DNA from: Macrostomum lignano
Lineage: Eukaryota
Reading direction: 5' to 3'
DNA: 64,000 nt
NCBI GenBank assembly: GCA_002269645.1
Contig: NIVC01003997.1
Location: 1,873-65,872 of the forward strand
Positions 26,354-43,809 of this stretch are shown piece by piece; positions within the stretch are counted from its first letter, which is position 1; each line of letters starts with the position of its first letter. A program made the position numbers and the translations under genes. The notes under the pieces are model-generated. The model was not told where the DNA came from and ran no database searches. It was given only the letters and a program-made list of their open reading frames with translations.

Positions 26354-27284
26354 TACTAACATTCTGTCTGCCTGATTTACACAAACCGGTCTCCTCGCAT
26401 TTCAAGAGTTGTGCAGCCACTTGAAACTTAAGACTCAGCCGTGCTGCGACCCCAGCTGATTCTGCACCATCAGGTTGCCAGAAGTTGCGGGCAGCTGCAA
26501 GCTACAAATACGCGTAAAAAGCTCTTGAAAAGATGACAATGGAAGCTGCTGGAGGTCCACAGAAATTTTTCCGATCCAAGCGTTTAAGAGAAGTGCTTGC
26601 GCAACAGCCTCCATCAGTGGTTGGGGAAAACTCTGAACCTTTTGACTCGGACACAGGACTTCAATATAGGCAGGGTATGAATGCTGTAGAGGTGTTTCAA
26701 TTTCCAGCTTGAAGAGCGCACTTGAATTTTGATGATGAAACTCGAATCTTTTGACTTTCCTAGATATGTGGAGGGCAGAACACATTATTAGCTCGTGTTT
26801 ATTGACCTCCGTCCTTTTTGAATCGCTGCATGAAAACCCGCAGGCCAATTTTTGTGCACAAGCCCCAAATATCTTCGTGCAACGCCGGTTTTTGTGCAAG
26901 GGGTCACGGCGCGAGAGTCTGAGCTGCTCTGGCCCCACCATCAGCCCCCATTTACTTTCCCACTCTCCAGCCTTGTGAACTCTGAAGAAAAGAACTGAGG
27001 GAATACACGGAAGTGATACCTCTTGACAGAACTATAATATTTTTGCGGGGGCTATTAATTTCAATAAGCTGTTACACTTTCACAAATAAAAAGCGTCGCA
27101 ATATTACTTCTATGTATACCACATTCGCGCAAGTACTATGTATAGAAACATGGATTGGAGGTTTGTGCATAGCTTGAACTGTTTTACAGTAATATTGAAA
27201 CCCTTGTACAGAGCAGCCTCGCTACCTGTACGAGTTCAACGCACACTGACAACGAAAATTATAGATAGAAATCTGGGGGAAGGT

Positions 27285-27855
27285 CACACCCGGGTGGTGG
27301 GAGATCACACCCGGTGAGGCAAGCTGAGGGCAGGTGGGAGATCACACCCGGTGAGACATGGGAGCAGGTAGGAGATCACACCCGGTGAGACATGGGAGCA
27401 GGTGGGAGATCACACCAGGTGAGACATGGGGGCAGGTGGGAGATCACAGCAGGTGAGACATGGGAGCAGGTGGGAGATCACACCAGGTGAGACATGGGAG
27501 CAGGTAAGAGATCACACCAGGTGAGACATGGGAGCAGGTGGGAGATCACACCCGGTGAGACATGGGGGCAGGTAGGAGATCACACCAGGTGAGACATGGG
27601 AGCAGGTGGGAGATCACACCCGGTGAGACATGGGGGCAGGTAGGAGATCACACCAGGTGAGACATGGGAGCAGGTGGGAGATCACACCCGGTGAGACATG
27701 GGGGCAGGTAGGAGATCACACCCGGTGAGACATGGGAGCAGGTGGGAGATCACACCCGGTGAGACATGGGGGCAGGTAGGAGATCACACCAGGTGAGAGA
27801 TTACACCAGGTGAGACATGGAGGCAGGTGAGAGATCACACCAGGTGAGACATGTC
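27285..27855. repeat. 34-bp minisatellite 3' of Lhx2/9 stop
   Basis: Unit gggagcaggtgggagatcacacccggtgagacat. Confidence 0.92.
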
Positions 27856-27967
27856 CCAAGCCAATCCATTAAAAACAGCCATCAAGACAAAAGCAACGTT
27901 TAAAGGAAATTTCGGAAAGTTAACGTTGATTAGCCAGCCAGCTTGTCCTCATTTGACCTCGCGCTCC

Positions 27968-34372
<6,405 letters not shown>

Positions 34373-34699
34373 TCGAGCAGCGGTGTATCTTTCTTGGAAA
34401 AGCGAACCGGTCAAGCTAGGATTTCTCAATGCGGGTATTGCAACAAGAAATTTAATCCCAGGATTTTTTGCGGCTTTGGTAGCCATTCCGACCACCCCGC
34501 GGCCCGCCTCATCCTTAGGGAAAAAATTGCTCAGCCAATGAAAAGCAAGCGAGTTCTCGGCCGACAGCCAATGGGAGTTTGAGAGCGGGAGGGGATTATT
34601 CACATTTGGGAAAGTTTGATTCCTGTCCTAAATAGAGTTCCAGCGAAACTGTGAGACTTGACTGGGGTGGTTTCAAATGGATAGAATGTCAATGGCGGG

Positions 34700-35225
34700 T
34701 GTAGATTGCGAGCTTGGAGGGTGTGGATTGGTGGGTGTGGAGGGTGTGGATTGGTGGGTGTGGAGGGTGTGAATTGGTGGGTGTGGAGGGTGTAGATTGG
34801 CGGGTTTGGAGGGTGTAGATTGGTGGGTGTGGAGGGTGTAGATTGGCGGGTTTGGAGGGTGTTGATTGGTGGGTGTGGAGGGTGTAGATTGGCGGGTTTG
34901 GAGGGTGTAGATTGGCGGGTGTAGAGGGTGTAGATTGGCGGGTTTGGAGGGTGTAGATTGGCAATTGTGGAGGGTGTGGAAGGTGTAGATTGGCGGGTGG
35001 GGAGGGTATAGATTGGCGGGTGTGAAAGGTGTAGACTGTGGAAGGTGTAGACTGTGGAAGGTGTAGACTGTGGAAGGTGTAGACTGTGGAAGGTGTAGAC
35101 TGGCGGGTTTGTAGGGTGTAGATTGGCGGGTTTGGAAGGTGTAGATCGGCGGGTGTGGGGTGTAGATCGGCGGGTGTGGGGTGTAGATTGGAGAGTGTGA
35201 AGGGTGTAGACTGTAGGGTTTGGAG
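34700..35225. repeat. G-rich ~23-bp minisatellite upstream of Lhx2/9
   Basis: Unit ggagggtgtagattggcgggttt. Confidence 0.88.
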
Positions 35226-35830
35226 GGTAAAGTTTGGTGCGCATGAATGGTGCAAATAGGCTAGAAGATTAAGGTATTAATAAGCTGGTGATGGAGGTTG
35301 GAGTGGAGGCCTCATTAATTAAAAAACTGGACTTCACTGATCTATTGAATCACAACCTCGTTGATATATAGAATCGCAACCCCATTGATCTACAGAATCG
35401 GGCCCGCCCTCATTGATCTATGGAATCTATGGATCTATGGATCTATGGATCTATGAAATCGCACCTCATTGATCTATATAACTGGGCCTCATTGATCTTT
35501 AGATTCGGACTTTACCAATCGCACTACTCATAAGTAGGATAGTTGGATTTGACAACCTGCATTAAGTAGCAATAATATATTTGTACTCATAGTAAAACAC
35601 ATCGAACGAAAGCGTTACATTTGGAGTGCAGGAATTTTCAGCATTGAATGCTGATCACAAATGAATAGAATTCTTAACGGCTCGTGGAATTTGCACAGAA
35701 TTTTAAGTAATCGCAAAAATAGAAACTTTTAAAGCATATTTATTATAGCAGAATCTCTGGCTACCGATTTTGTTGCATGTTAACAAATTTTTCTTAAAAA
35801 ATCATTAAACAAGTACCATGGTACATCACA

Positions 35831-36197
35831 AGGGAGCCGAAGCCCAGTGATCTGGCGCGGCGCTTTGATGTGCCAGCGGCCCAGGCTCGATTCCAAGTGC
35901 AGCCACATTCATTTGGGGCTGAATTGGAATCTCGGCTTGGCTCTGCTCGTGCAATTAACGCCATTTGAGGGCCAGCCCCTCAAGGCACAGTGAAGTGTAC
36001 ATGCCTAACGATAAATAAAGTTAGGGCCGCTGTACACTCCTGTGTGAGTGTGTGCCTGCGTACGTATCCGCGCGCTTGTATGCCTGCTCAGGGGAGTCGG
36101 CGGAATGGGCAGTAATGCCTCTCGCCGGTTGTGTGCCTATGTCGCTTAAAGTGCGCCAGGGTACACATGGCTCCCTTGTTCCAAAATAAAAAGAAAT
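35831..36197 (+). mobile_element. tRNA-derived SINE, copy 1
   Basis: A-box-like aagcccagtga (35840-35850), B-box ggctcgattcc (35884-35894), A-rich tail. Aligns along its length with 45090-45465. Confidence 0.75.
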
Positions 36198-36409
36198 GGT
36201 TTATAGCAAACTTAGCAAAACAACAGCAATAAATGAAAACACTGCACAAAGGCGAAAGGTAAGGGATAGGGGCAAACACAAGACAGGTGTGAACAGGCTG
36301 GCAAACAGAAATTTACAGGCAAGATTAGACAGGCGCTACGCAATAATAAAGGACAAATTATTAATAGAAAAATTTCTAACAGTAACAGGCGAAAGAATTG
36401 TTAGGAGTT

Positions 36410-37200
36410 GCCATCTCATCAACCAGCCTCCATCTCATCAACCAGCCTCCTCCATCTCATCACCCAGCCTCCTCCATCTCATCACCCAGCCTCCTCCATC
36501 TCATCACCCAGCCTCCTCCATCTCATCACCCAGCCTCCTCCATCTCATCACTCAGCCTCCATCTCATCACCCAGCCTCCTCCATCTCATCACCCAGCCTC
36601 CTCCATCTCATCACCCAGCCTCCTCCATCTCATCACCCAGCCTCCTCCATCTCATCACCCAGCCTCCTCCATCTCATCACCCAGCCTCCTCCATCTCATC
36701 ACCCAGCCTCCTCCATCTCATCACCCAGCCTCCTCCATCTCATCACTCAGCCTCCATCTCATCACCCAGCCTCCTCCATCTCATCACCCAGCCTCCTCCA
36801 TCTCATCACTCAGCCTCCATCTCATCACCCAGCCTCCTCCATCTCATCACCCAGCCTCCTCCATCTCATCACTCAGCCTCTTCCCCATCTCATCACTCAG
36901 CCTCTCCTCCATCTCATCACCCAGCCTCCTCCATCTCATCACTCAGCCTCTCCTCCATCTCATCACCCAGCCTCCTCCATCTCATCACTCAGCCTCTCCT
37001 CCATCTCATCACCCAGCCTCCTCCATCTTATCACCCAGCCTCCTCCATCTCATCACCCAGCCTCCTCCATCTCATCACTCAGCCTCTTCCCCATCTCATC
37101 ACTCAGCCTCTCCTCCATCTCATCACCCAGCCTCCTCCATCTCATCACTCAGCCTCTTCCCCATCTCATCACTCAGCCTCCTCCATCTCATCACCCAGCC
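36410..37200. repeat. 22-bp minisatellite starting inside the last codons of the Cys-loop gene
   Basis: Unit ctccatctcatcacccagcctc, about 36 copies. Confidence 0.95.
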
Positions 37201-40200
37201 TCCGCCATCATCCGGGCGCGATCCCTCGCCGCCCAGGCCAGATAGACTGTCCAATAGGCTGCCGCGGCCGCCGCGAAAGTCGACGCGAAGGCGACAAAAA
37301 AGACGACATCGGCGCACCGCCGCAACCGCCGCTTCCTGTCGGCGTTTGGCGGCACCGCCGGGCCGATGTAGCGCCTGACGGCTCGGGCCCAGGCCGTCTC
37401 GGTGCTGCGAGCCAGCTGACTGCCGCTCAGCAGCTCCCGGCCGCTACCGCCGCCGCCGCCGCTCTCAGTCGACAAGGATGCAGTCTCTTTCCCAGCCGCG
37501 TTGGAGAGCAGAGCGGCCACGGCGAGGGCCAGGGCTCGAGTCAGGCCGGCAAAGCAAAATAGCAGGCACAGATAGAACCAGGTGTCCAAGGCTCTGCTGC
37601 CAGCTCCATGGGGTATCACCTGGTGAGAATTTTGGGTCGGCTGATGATTGTGTCAGTTACTTATGACGGTTACCTCAGGACAGGTTACCTCAGGACAGGT
37701 TACCTCAGGACAGGTTACCTCAGGACAAGTTACCTCAGGACAGGTTACCTCAGGACAGGTTACCTCAGGACAGGTTACCTCAGGACAGGTTACCTCAGGA
37801 CAGGTTACCTCAGGACAGGTTACCTCAGGACAGGTTACCTCAGGACAGGTTACCTCAGGACAGGTTACCTCAGGACAGGTTACCTCAGGACAGGTTACCT
37901 CAGGACAGGTTACCTCAGGACAGGTTACCTCAGGACAGGTTACCTCAGGACAGGTTACCTCAGGACAGGTTACCTCAGGACAGGTTACCTCAGGACAGGT
38001 TACCTCAGGACAGGTTACCTCAGGACAGGTTACCTCAGGACAGGTTACCTCAGGACAGGTTACCTCAGGACAGGTTACCTCAGGACAGGTTACCTCAGGA
38101 CAGGTTACCTCAGGACAGGTTACCTCAGGACAGGTTACCTCAGGACAGGTTACCTCAGGACAGGTTACCTCAGGAGGACAGGTTAACCCAAGACTCATTG
38201 CCTAGGCCTTATTGAAGTCTTTCATTTAAAAAAATTCATAAAGGCATATTTGCTAAAACAAAGAAATTTATTTTAATATTCAAGAAAAAGTAAAGTAAAC
38301 ACCGGATTCTAATTAACTGTCGCCCCTTATTGGCAACTGCTCACCTCCCCTGCATCGAATTTCATCCCGCTGTGGGAGCAGATCTTGGCTCAACTTTTTG
38401 TCTAATCTGGCCAATTAAAAACCCTGCTTTAAGGAAGTTCCAGCTTGTAAACAGTTTGATCTCGAACTCGTGACTCGCTGTTTCCTCTTCAGGTTTTTCT
38501 ACGAAGAACTTAAAGTTCATTCGCAATGTACAAGGAAGTCTGTTGCGATTGAAAATGCAGAAATTAGCAGATCTCCTAACTCGTATTAAGTTCTGACCAG
38601 AGACAGACTAATCGACAATTTTTACGCAGTATTGCTTGGATTTTAATACCCACCATATTTTAATAATCCCACCCACCATAGTAGGATAATCTCACCCAAT
38701 ATAGTTGGATAATCTCACCCAATATAGTTGGATAATCTCACCCAATATAGTTGGATAATCTCACCCAATATAGTTGGATAATCTCACCCAATATAGTTGG
38801 ATAATCTCACCCAATATAGTTGGATAATCTCACCCAATATATCTAATAGTTGGATAATTTCACCCACCCTAGTTCGATAATCTCAACCAATATAGTTGGA
38901 TAATCTCACCCAATATAGTTGGATAATCTCACCCAATATAGTTGGATAATCTCACCCATTATAGTTGGACAATCTCACCCAATATAGTTGGATAATCTCA
39001 CCCAATATAGTTGGATAATCTCACCCAATATAGTTGGATAATCTCACCCAATATAGTTGGATAATCTGACACACCCTTATAACCATGAGCTGAGCTGAAC
39101 TGTGCGACTAATTCACCCAACAGACCCAAACAATAACTCAATATGCACCTAATAAGTACTCAAAATCAAAGTTCAAATTTGCTTTTAAACCGTTTCCATT
39201 TTAGGTAAAATGACAGATTCGTCCCGTTTTGAATAAAAAATCATTCTTCACAAGAGCAATCGACAACTATAGTAAAACAATTTTAATAAAAAGCAGAGGC
39301 GCTTAAACAAAAAGGCGTTTGTTTCCCGAGAATTTGCTATTGAATGGCGGGTGAAAATATTCTATATTTGGCCATACTGCTGGCTTGCCGGGCTGGAGGG
39401 TGAGAGGGAGAGAAGGAAGAGGCTGCAGATGGGACCGTGTCGATCCGTGCGGTCTAAAAATAGCGACAAACCCTTCCACTTTTCTGCTCAGGCAGAAATT
39501 TCACTGAGACTGAAATTTAATCGAATTTCTCAGACTCTGGGTGAGGACTGGCTTAAGATTATTCCGGAGAGAAGTAACTGCAACTCTTCTGGTGAAAATC
39601 GGTCAGACACTCAGGTGAGACTGGGTCAGACACTCAGGTGAGACTGGGTCAGACACTCAGGTGAGACTGGGTCAGACACTCAGGTGAGAATCGGTGAGAC
39701 ACTCAGGTGAGAATGGGTCAGACACTCAGGTGAGAATCAGTGAGACACTCAGGTGAGAATCAGTGAGACTCTCAGGTGAGAATCAGTGAGACACTCGAGT
39801 GAGAATCAGTGAGACACTCAGGTGAGAATCAGTGAGACACTCAGGTGAGAATTGGTGAGACACTCAGGTGAGAATCAGTGAGACTCTCAGGTGAGAATCA
39901 GTGAGACACTCAGGTGAGAATCAGTGAGACACTCAGGTGAGAATCAGTGAGACTCTCAGGTGAGAATCAGTGAGACACTCGGGTGAGAATCAGTGAGACT
40001 CTCAGGTGAGAATCGGTGAGACACTCAGGTGAGAATCAGTGAGACAATCAGGTGAGAATCAGTGAGACTCTCAGGTGAGAATCAGTGAGACACTCAGGTG
40101 AGAATCAGTGAGACACTCAGGTGAGAATCAGTGAGACTCTCAGGTGAGAATCAGTGAGACACTCGGGTGAGAATCAGTGAGACTCTCAGGTGAGAATCGG

Positions 40201-42584
40201 TGAGACACTCAGGTGAGAATCAGTGAGACAATCAGGTGAGAATCAGTGAGACTCTCAGGTGAGAATCAGTGAGACACTCAGGTGAGAATCAGTGAGACTC
40301 TCAGGTGAGAATCAGTGAAACTCTCAGGTGAGAATCGGAGACAGAGCCAAGCCACACTCACCAGGTTCACAATGGTCCACAAGAACATTTGCCCAGCCAG
40401 ACACACCAGAGGCACGGCTGTCTGCACAAGGGCGCTGCCGACTCCCAGCCTGACTGACAGCCACACAGTCAGCACCATAGCAGAAGTTGGGCCATAGACG
40501 GTGGTTACGTAATAGGCTGCGTCTCGCTTCAGCAGCACCCACAGCACTGACTGACGCAGCTTCAGGCCGTTCAGCGCCCATTCTGTGCCAACACGGTCTC
40601 CAAGGCCAACCGCTCGGCTGCCGTTGCTTAGCAACCAACGACGCTGTGCAATAATAGCAGTGTCATTGCCAATCGGGTTTGGTATTCTCAAATTGCTCAT
40701 GTTTACGGCGCAGAGCTCGGTGTCCAGGGGGAACAGATGCAGCTGTGGTCGGAGGGGGCAGCTGGATTGTGGAATTCAGTGCGTATAGTGGGGTACCCGC
40801 TTCTTTACCTGTCTCACCCATTGTCTGCCTCTCTCCCTCTCCCTCTCCCTGTCTCCTCTCCTCTCTCTTTCTCTCTCTCCCCCTCTCTCTCTCTGTTCCC
40901 CTCTCATATCCCTCTCTCCCTCTCTCTCCCCTCTCTCCCTCTCTCCCTCTCTCCCTCTCTCCCTCTCTCCCTCTCTCCATCTCTCCCTCTCTCCCTCTCT
41001 CCCTCTCTCCCTCTCTCCCTCTCTCCCTCTCTCCCTGTCTCCTCTCCTCTCTCCCTCTCTCTCGCTCTCCCTCTCTCTCTCTCTCCCTCTCTCTCCCCTC
41101 TCTCCCTCTCTCCCTCTCTCCCTCTCTCCCTCTCTCCCTCTCTCCATCTCTCCCTGTCCCTCTCTCCCTGTCTCCTCTCCTCTCTCCCTCTCTCTCGCTC
41201 TCCCTCTCTCTCTCCCTCTCTCTCGCTCTCCCTCTCTCTCTCCCTCTCTCTCTGTCTCCCTCTCATATCCCTCTCTCCCTCTCTCCCTCTCTCCTCGTCT
41301 CCCTCTCATCTACATCTCTCTCTCTTTCTCTCTCTTTCTCCCTCTCTCTCTGTCTCCCTCTCATATCCCTCTTTCCCTTTGTCCCTCTCTCCCTGCCTCC
41401 CCCTCATTCCTCTCGCTTCCTTCTCATTCTCTTTCCTCTCACCTCTCCCATCCCACCCCTCTCCCTCTCTCACATCCAACTTCTCTCTCCCCCAACGGCC
41501 CCTTTCCCACACTCGGTTCCCTCACATTCAGGCGGCAGGCCACAGTGAGGCTGACAACTCCGGACCAGCTCGAACCGCCGGCTGCAGCAGCTGTCCAGCC
41601 GAGCCTCAGGCTAACGTTGATCGCGGTGAAATTCACTTTGTCCAAGGACTCCAGGCTAGCGACAATGCTGCCGCTGCTGACGAGGTTAACATGAAATTGC
41701 AATTATTTGAAGCAGGATTTCATAAGAAATTTATTTTCCTTAAAGTGCTCTGCTTGGCATAAATGAAGGTCGCATACAGCGATTGTCTCAGGATAGGGAT
41801 ATCCTTAGGCAGATTCTGACAGACCATGGATTTCAGCCCATCTTAGCTCTCTTCTCTCCTACTCTGCCCTCTCTTACCCTCCCCACTCTTACTCTCCCCC
41901 CTCTTACCCTCCCCTCTTACCCTCCCCTCTTAACCTCCCCTCTCTTACCCTCCCCTCTTACCCTCCCCTCTTAACCTCCCCTCTCTTACCCTCCCCTCTT
42001 AACCTCCCCTCTCTTACCCTCCCCTCTTAACCTCCCCTCTCTTACCCTCCCCTCTTACCCTCCCCTCTTACCCTCCCCTCTTACCCTCCCCTCTTACCCT
42101 CCCCTCTTACCCTCCCCTCTCTTACCCTCCCCTCTCTTACTCTCCCCTCTCTTACTCTCCCCTCTCTTACCCTCCCCTCTCTTACTCTCCCCTCTCTTAC
42201 CCTCCCCTCTTACCCTCCCCTCTTACCCTCCCCTCTTAACCTCCCCTCTCTTACCCTCCCCTCTCTTACCCTCCCCTCTCTTACTCTCCCTCTCTTACTC
42301 TCCCCTCTCTTACCCTCCCCTCTCTTACTCTCCCCTCTCTTACTCTCCCCTCTCTTACTCTCCCCTCTTTTACTCTCCCCTCTCTTACCCTCCCCTCTCT
42401 TACTCTCCCCTCTCGGTCACACTCGCACAGTGGTCACTGGACTTTCTATTCTTATAAAAGCTGCACACTCTGCCTGAGGGGTGGTTTGACTCTCCTTAAT
42501 GACTTACTTTTCACCTGCAGAGCTGGCCACAGCAGCCGCAGCAAGCAGTTGCAGAAAAATTACCGCAGCCTGGGCGAGTCCCAT
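37191..42584 (-). CDS. Divergent Cys-loop ligand-gated ion channel subunit (GABA-A/GlyR/GluCl-like topology)
   Basis: Exons ~41676-41526 (..[11 protein letters not shown]) and 40742-40362 ([11 protein letters not shown]...[18 protein letters not shown]1, M2) rebuild a canonical C-x13-C Cys loop across the junction. Exon 37619-37191 gives [23 protein letters not shown] (M3) ... ADVVFFVAF...YWTVY (M4). Putative signal-peptide exon 42584-42515 ([23 protein letters not shown]) does not join the next exon in phase, so the 5' end is unresolved. Confidence 0.7.
37668..38175. repeat. Near-perfect 15-bp minisatellite
   Basis: ggttacctcaggaca x ~34, one variant copy. Confidence 0.98.
38685..39066. repeat. 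23-bp minisatellite
   Basis: Unit tctcacccaatatagttggataa. Confidence 0.94.
39592..40337. repeat. 23-bp minisatellite
   Basis: Unit cactcaggtgagaatcagtgaga. Confidence 0.95.
40825..41350. repeat. CT-rich low-complexity repeat (ctctccct)n
   Basis: Direct inspection. Confidence 0.92.
41865..42412. repeat. 13-16-bp pyrimidine-rich minisatellite (ccctcccctctta)
   Basis: Direct inspection. Confidence 0.92.
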
Positions 42585-43364
42585 TGCATGCAGTGGCTGA
42601 GCGAGTGGCAGAAGCTGGCAGTTATCAATGCTAGTAATATATACATGTAAAGTGCAGACGCTTGAATGAGCCTGACAAATGCCTAAATAAGGCATGGCCA
42701 GAGGAGGGGCATAAGCAGCAGGGACTCTGCCCCATCCTCAGCCTCCTATACTCAAGCTGTTGAGCTCCTATTGGATCTCCTAGAGGTGGATCAGGGGATT
42801 CTGGGGCTGACTACTCAGCCCCCCGATTGGTCCGGACAAAACAGCCAGTGGGTATTCGGTCATATTTTTAAACTGCAGGACAGAATGGGAATCCAAAACC
42901 CATCTGCTCAGAGAGAGATTACCGGACAGCAGGGGAGGATTAGCGGCCGCCGCTGCAGATGCGATGCGAAATTCGATATCACTAAATTGCCAGGTGTAGT
43001 GACAAAGACTTTGTGAAGACTGGGGTTTTTCAATTATTAAAGCTACGAGGTATAACAGAAACATGAAATCTGAGTAAACACTGAGTTTATTTGACTCTTT
43101 GCTCAAAGAATGTTCCGGAATTGTCCTGATGTAGGATTTCTGTGAAGAGCGCATTGGCTGCGGGCTCTTGGCGGCAGGTCTATTTTTAAACAGGCGATAC
43201 AACAAGAACAGAACAGCTTTAAGCAATTCAGCAGCAGAATTATTTATGAACAATTTTAAACGTGCTTAAACATACATCAGGGTCAATCGTTTGTGCGGCT
43301 TGACGGCAAAATTAGAAATTTCACAACAGGATATTCTAGTCTCTCAAACTGAATTATCCCCAGA

Positions 43365-43765
43365 TTCCCAAACCGGACATACCAGAATTCGAAACCGGAC
43401 ATCCCCAGATTCCCAAACCGGACATCCCAGATTACCAAACCGGACATCCCAGATTCCCAAACCGGACATCCCCAGATTCCCAAACCGGACATCCCAGATT
43501 ACCAAACCGGACATCCCAGATTCCCAAACCGGACATCCCCAGATTCCCAAACCGGACATCCCAGATTCCCAAACCGGACATCCCCAGATTCCCAAACCGG
43601 ACATCCCCAGATTCCCAAACCGGACATCCCCAGATTCCCAAACCGGACATCCCAGATTCCCAAACCGGACATCCCCAGATTCCCAAACCGGACATCCCAG
43701 ATTCCCAAACCGGACATCCCAGATTCCCAAACCGGATATCCCCAGATTCCCAAACTGGACATCCC
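43365..43765. repeat. 23/24-bp minisatellite just 3' of LAMP stop
   Basis: Unit cccagattcccaaaccggacatc. Confidence 0.94.
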
Positions 43766-43809
43766 AGATGCCTAGAAACCCGGTGCAGTCCAATTTCTGG
43801 CTTCCGGCT

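Noticed and set aside
40743-40761. Expanded C-x15-C Cys loop using the acceptor at 40762
   Set aside because: The acceptor at 40743 joins in phase to CRLN and restores the canonical C-x13-C spacing.
42780-43253. 157-aa minus-strand ORF as an upstream exon of the Cys-loop gene
   Set aside because: No recognisable LGIC motif, low GC unlike true exons here, and no clear splice boundaries.
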